DNA from: an uncultured Methanolobus sp.
GTDB taxonomy: Archaea > Halobacteriota > Methanosarcinia > Methanosarcinales > Methanosarcinaceae
Reading direction: 5' to 3'
Length of the DNA stretch: 64,000 nucleotides
NCBI GenBank assembly: GCA_963675495.1
Contig: OY776215.1
Span: 160,001-224,000 of the forward strand
The notes under the pieces are model-generated. The model worked only from the letters and a program-made list of their open reading frames with translations, searched no databases and was not told the origin of the DNA. Below are positions 59,556 to 64,000 of the stretch, piece after piece (position 1 is the stretch's first letter; each line of letters opens with the position of its first letter). The translations under genes and the position numbers were made by a program.

Positions 59556-61475
59556 TTATTTTTTTAACATTCCTGTAAGCAATTTTTCAAATTTACCAGG
59601 AGACAATGGCATACTTATCGGGGTTTGCATTTCGATTTCAACATCATTGCCTTTTATTTTACTGACAGATGGGGAAATTAGTACAAATATCAAGAACAAT
59701 TCATACAGAATAATAACAGTGTTGTTGACTTCAGAACTAATAAGGGGTTTATGCAAAATACTTACAACTGGAATTGTAACTAAAATCAACAATATTCCAA
59801 AAATAAACTTTCTGAGTTTAGAATTTATTGGCGAGTCACACCACCAGTTCCACCAATTAGTATTAGCATGATAATCCCATATATTAGATAACAATTCATT
59901 GGCAGATTTGCAGATATTTGCTAAATCATCGTCATAATTTTTGATTTTATTCTTCCTGATTAGATTGCTAAATATATGCATTTGTCTTTTAATTCTCGGA
60001 TAATTCTCGATAAAATTATTTATTTGTCTTTTGATCCTCGGATAATTCTCTATCAATTTATTTACAGCATTTTTTTTTCTACATTTTTTTAGTTTATCAA
60101 CTTCAATAAGATAATCATTTGCCGTCTCTTTGTATTTCTTCAGATTGTCGACAGCAGTAAGATAATCGGTTATTTTATAATAAAAAAATCCAAGAAAATA
60201 GTAAACATTAGGCTTCCTTTTGTCATCAATAGTATACAACATTTTCTCCAAATTTCTTATAATTGAAATAATTCGATCTTGATACTCCTCCCGGTTTGAA
60301 GAATATTTAAGTTCTGCATTCAAGTATCTAGCATAAGCATCCCATAAAAGTGGTGTATTGGCATCTACATTAAAAAACATTGATTTTTAAAAAAAAGAAC
60401 TTGCGTCGTGATATGTTTTATTTTCTATGGCAATTACACCTTTAAGGAACCACAACTGCGATTTTTCTTCCGGTTCTATTGAATCAATTGTTAGTGCATT
60501 CGACAGTTGCTTCGAAGCTTCATTAATTAAACCTTTTTTCAAATAAATCTCTATTATTGCAATGTCTGAATTGATTTTTGTTTTTCCTTTATTGATACTG
60601 CTTGTTTTCTTAAAAGCTTCCAACGCTTTGTTATATTTTTTAAACCTATATAGGAGATACCCTTTATTGTACCATGCCTCTGCATAATCCTGCTTAATTT
60701 TTATGGCCTCTTCAATAGCTTCCAGGGCGCTTTTATTTTCATTGAGCTTGTATAAGGTATATCCTTTATTATTCCATGCCCGTGAAGAATAGATTTTTAA
60801 ACGGTTATTCTTTTCAAAAGATATTACATTTTTAAAAGCTACCAGAGCTTCTTCGTATTTTTCACATCTATATTGAGCAATGCCCTTTCCTATCCATGCC
60901 TCTGCATAATCCTGCTTATTTTTTATGGCTTCTTCAATAGCTTCCAGTGCTTCTCTATAATTACCATATTTAGATTGAGCAATGCCTTTTCCTAACCATG
61001 CCTCTGCATAATCATGCTTATTATTTATGGCTTCTTCAAAAGCTTCTAGAGCTTCTTTATAATTACCAAGTTTAGATTGAGCAAATCCTTTGCAATAGCA
61101 TGCCTTCCCACTTTTAGAACTAAATGCATTTCCAAAAACGTTAACTACTGTTTTATACTTGTCATGTTCTCCTAGGATAATACATTCGTTATTCAATTCC
61201 TTTGAAAAACCCTTTTCAAACGCTATGGCCTCTTCGAAAGCTTCCAGTGCTTCTTTATCATTTTTAAGCTCACTTAGAACAATACCTTTGTTATACAACG
61301 CTTCTATAAAATCCGGCTTATTTTCTATGGCCTTTTCAAAAGCTTCCAAAGCCATGTATTTATTGCCTTGCTCATATCGGGCAAATCCTCTGCCATTCCA
61401 TTTTCTTGCATCTTGATTGCAATATAACGGACAAAGACCCGTATTGAGCAACTTATCATTATTAGAATTGTCCAT
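59556..61475 (-). pseudogene. TPR-repeat membrane protein split by an in-frame TAA (60387-60389)
   Basis: AWxxKG...ALEAFEEAI repeats; ...ASSFF*KSMFF... reads in one frame; two C-terminal TM helices. Confidence 0.75.
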
Positions 61476-62101
61476 ATCGACCCAGATCATTTGTAAATAG
61501 AATATAATATGCTCTCTAACAATTAAACTCTTTTTACTAACAAAGTATAATTTATGTTGGTTTTGCAAATTCTGTCAGGATGACTTTATACTCGAAAAGA
61601 GAATATGTATGTAAATGACAAAATCTATCCCATTGTCATTAAATTGCATGAGCGATTCTGTTCTACATGTGCTCTTTTAAAGTCAAAAGCAATTACATAC
61701 AAAGTGTGAAAAGAATAGGCATCTTGACAACATTTGGAGGATACCAGAACTTCGATACTGATAATCGGTTCAAGTACTACCAACAGCTTTCAACCTGCAC
61801 ACCTCATGTTTCCACATCTCTGAACAAACTGGCATTTCCCTGATAAAGGACCTGCAGTTCCATGGAACCGGTTCCAAGATTATTAAATATTTTGAGCAAT
61901 GGTCTGCCAAGGTCAATTTCCTTGAGCAGGTGCAGACACTTGCCAAGCATCCATGCAGAACCATACATGGCATTAATCATCGGAAATGTTCCAGAAAGTA
62001 CTGACGTCAATAGAATATCCATTCATCTGAAAACCTCTAATTATTGATAAAAACAAAAGATAGAATCGATGAATCTATAAACCCATACATTAAGCATCCA
62101 C

Positions 62102-62362
62102 AAACAGTTAAATTTATGTTACATCTATTATTTTTGAATGCCCATATTTTTAAATATGTCCAATACATACATTTAAACGTTACACATTGTCAAATAAAAA
62201 GAATTTGTGTGCAGAATAAAAGGTATCTGTAACTGGGGTAATGGATACTTGAATTAAACAAATGTAGGATATCAATTTTTAGAACAAAGGAGCGAGCAGT
62301 GGGGCGATGACAACTCCTTTTGATTAGTGTTAACTGTATTTTTACGAATTTTGGGTGGTTAA
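62102..62362 (+). promoter_or_regulatory. Promoter and structured 5' leader (two hairpins with UGGGG loops)
   Basis: TTTAAA box near 62172; stems 62221-62250 and 62286-62320 keep their pairing in the duplicate at 9330-9428. Confidence 0.5.
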
Positions 62363-62683
62363 ATGATTTTATGTGAATGTGGGGAGTTTGTAAAAAAATC
62401 AGTATTTAAAGAATATATACCTTCTACAGTAAATCCTTCTACAAGAACAATAGGCCATGAAAAATGTGGCATGATTTTCAATTTTTTTGATGATAGAGTC
62501 TCTAAAAAATACTCATCCAGAAAGGAATTGAAGATTCTGGCCGGACGTTTTGCAGAACAAAATAATATGGATGAGGAAATGACTGGAAGATTTTTATTGG
62601 AAGTTGATAGATTAAAATCTTGCGGGAATATGTTTGACCACAGAATAATTCTTGAGGCGTGCAAAAAGTTGTCGCAAGATTGA
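62363..62683 (+). CDS. Small hypothetical protein with CxC...HxxC putative metal ligands
   Basis: MILCECGE...IGHEKCG; GGGTGG RBS; truncated paralogue at 9468. Confidence 0.75.
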   Translation: MILCECGEFVKKSVFKEYIPSTVNPSTRTIGHEKCGMIFNFFDDRVSKKYSSRKELKILAGRFAEQNNMDEEMTGRFLLEVDRLKSCGNMFDHRIILEACKKLSQD

Positions 62684-62691
62684 ATTCAGAA

Positions 62692-62883
62692 GGTGTCATC
62701 ACTAACATCTGTGTTGAAGGGACCGTAAAGGAAGCTTTCGATTAAGGTTATCATAATATTGTACTGAGTGATTGCGTTGCTTCGATTAGTGAAGAGGCAC
62801 AGAATTTTGCCATGAATTTTATATTTCTGAAATTTGGCAGTGTTTGTATTTCAGAAGAGCTTAGATTGTTTGAATCTATTTAA
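62692..62883 (+). pseudogene. Isochorismatase/cysteine hydrolase 3' fragment
   Basis: GVITNICVEGTVKEAFD*GYHNIVLSDCVAS. Confidence 0.75.
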
Positions 62884-62974
62884 ATTTTTAAACCTGTTAT
62901 TTTTTGTCCTTTTTAAATTAAATCTTGAATAAAATAAGTGTGCAGTTTATGATTTATTCCTATGAGGTTGTTTG

Positions 62975-64000
62975 ATGTTCAACACTACGAACGAATCCAA
63001 TGACAAAAAAGAGAATGATGTCTCGGGCAAAAAACAATTTCCTTTACCATCATTGTCCTTACCAAAGAGTGGAGGGGCAATTCGAGGTATCGGAGAGAAG
63101 TTTACTGCAAATCCCGTGAATGGAACTGGTTCTCTTAGTGTTCCAATCTTCACATCACCCGGTCGCTCAGGCTTTGGCCCACAACTGTCACTCTCATATG
63201 ATTCCGGTTCTGGCAATGGGCCTTTCGGCTTTGGATGGAGTCTTTCATTGCCTACCATAACCCGCAAGACCGATAAAGGATTGCCCAGGTATCAGGATGA
63301 TGCTGAATCAGATGTATTCATAATCTCTGGAGCAGAAGATCTAGTACCTGTTCTTAAAAAAGATGAGAATGGGAATATAGATTTTGATGAACAGGAAAGA
63401 GGCGATTATGTTGTTCGTCGATATAGACCACGCATTGAAGGTATGTTTGCCCGAATCGAACGTTGGACTCATAAAACAGACCCTCTAAAAATCTATTGGC
63501 GTTCGATCTCAAAGGATAACATTCTCACAGTATATGGACGAAACAAAGAATCTCGTATTGCTGATCCTGTAGCTGAAAGTCAAATCTTTAGCTGGTTGAT
63601 CTGCGAAAGCTACGATGACAAAGGTAATGCCATTATCTACAATTATGATTATGAAAAAGAAGACGACATAGAAGTTGATTTATCTAATGTCTATGAACGC
63701 AACAGGCTGAGAACAACTAACCGTTACCTTAAACGTATTCTTTATGGAAATCGACAACCTCTTCTTCTGGATATTGATAAACCCAGTTTCCGAAAGTCCT
63801 ATACGGAAAAACCTAATCCTTCTTCGACAGAATGGATGTTTGAGCTTGTTTTTGACTATGGTGAAGGTCACTATAAGCTTCTACCCGATGACAGCACAAA
63901 AAAAGAGTCTGAACAGCACCGATTTGTAGAAGCTTCTGTCATGCCAACCGGCACATGGACTCCTAGACCTGATCCCTTCTCTACCTATAGAGCAGGCTTT
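62975..64000 (+). CDS. SpvB/TcaC N-terminal domain protein (toxin-complex TcB / RHS type), runs off the window
   Basis: Manual translation: LPKSGGAIRGIGEKF...GRSGFGPQLSLSYDSGSGNGPFGFGW...RPDPFSTYRAGF. Confidence 0.92.
   Translation, partial: MFNTTNESNDKKENDVSGKKQFPLPSLSLPKSGGAIRGIGEKFTANPVNGTGSLSVPIFTSPGRSGFGPQLSLSYDSGSGNGPFGFGWSLSLPTITRKTDKGLPRYQDDAESDVFIISGAEDLVPVLKKDENGNIDFDEQERGDYVVRRYRPRIEGMFARIERWTHKTDPLKIYWRSISKDNILTVYGRNKESRIADPVAESQIFSWLICESYDDKGNAIIYNYDYEKEDDIEVDLSNVYERNRLRTTNRYLKRILYGNRQPLLLDIDKPSFRKSYTEKPNPSSTEWMFELVFDYGEGHYKLLPDDSTKKESEQHRFVEASVMPTGTWTPRPDPFSTYRAGF

Noticed and set aside
61770-62047. Short ORFs on both strands
   Set aside because: No recognisable motif; likely a decayed gene I cannot assign.
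29960-64000. attR copy of the tRNA-Gln 3' end and an integrase
   Set aside because: Neither was found by eye in the window.

Overview
Archaeal chromosome segment, most likely a cytochrome-bearing methanogen of the Methanosarcinaceae (inferred from coenzyme F390 synthetase, an archaeal tRNA-Gln with an A1-U72 pair, DUF2551 and GGTGA/GGAGG ribosome-binding sites). 1-24 kb: housekeeping and membrane genes, an orphan phage head-morphogenesis gene, a repeat-rich surface lipoprotein, a GC-rich octaheme cytochrome bracketed by ~225-bp direct repeats, a three-gene operon with a PASTA-tailed toxin-like protein, and a tusA-dsrE-iscS-iscU sulfur-relay operon. 22-28.5 kb is AT-rich and looks empty, but holds a duplicated 14-codon micropeptide gene, a viral lysis-like relic and a set of candidate small RNAs with mutually complementary G-rich and C-rich segments. 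After tRNA-Gln (29.9 kb) comes a ~30-kb defence island: two unannotated microproteins, a decayed NYN-LOTUS RNase, viperin with a decayed kinase, a UDG-wHTH protein, EVE-McrBC, Gabija, a DUF499/DUF3780/DUF1156/PLD-SNF2 restriction-like system with an extra inserted gene, a UvrD-nuclease fusion and a terminase relic. The window ends inside a SpvB/TcaC toxin-complex gene. A MITE family with GGCTCTGTAGAA ends is scattered throughout. All calls come from reading motifs by eye; no database searches were run.
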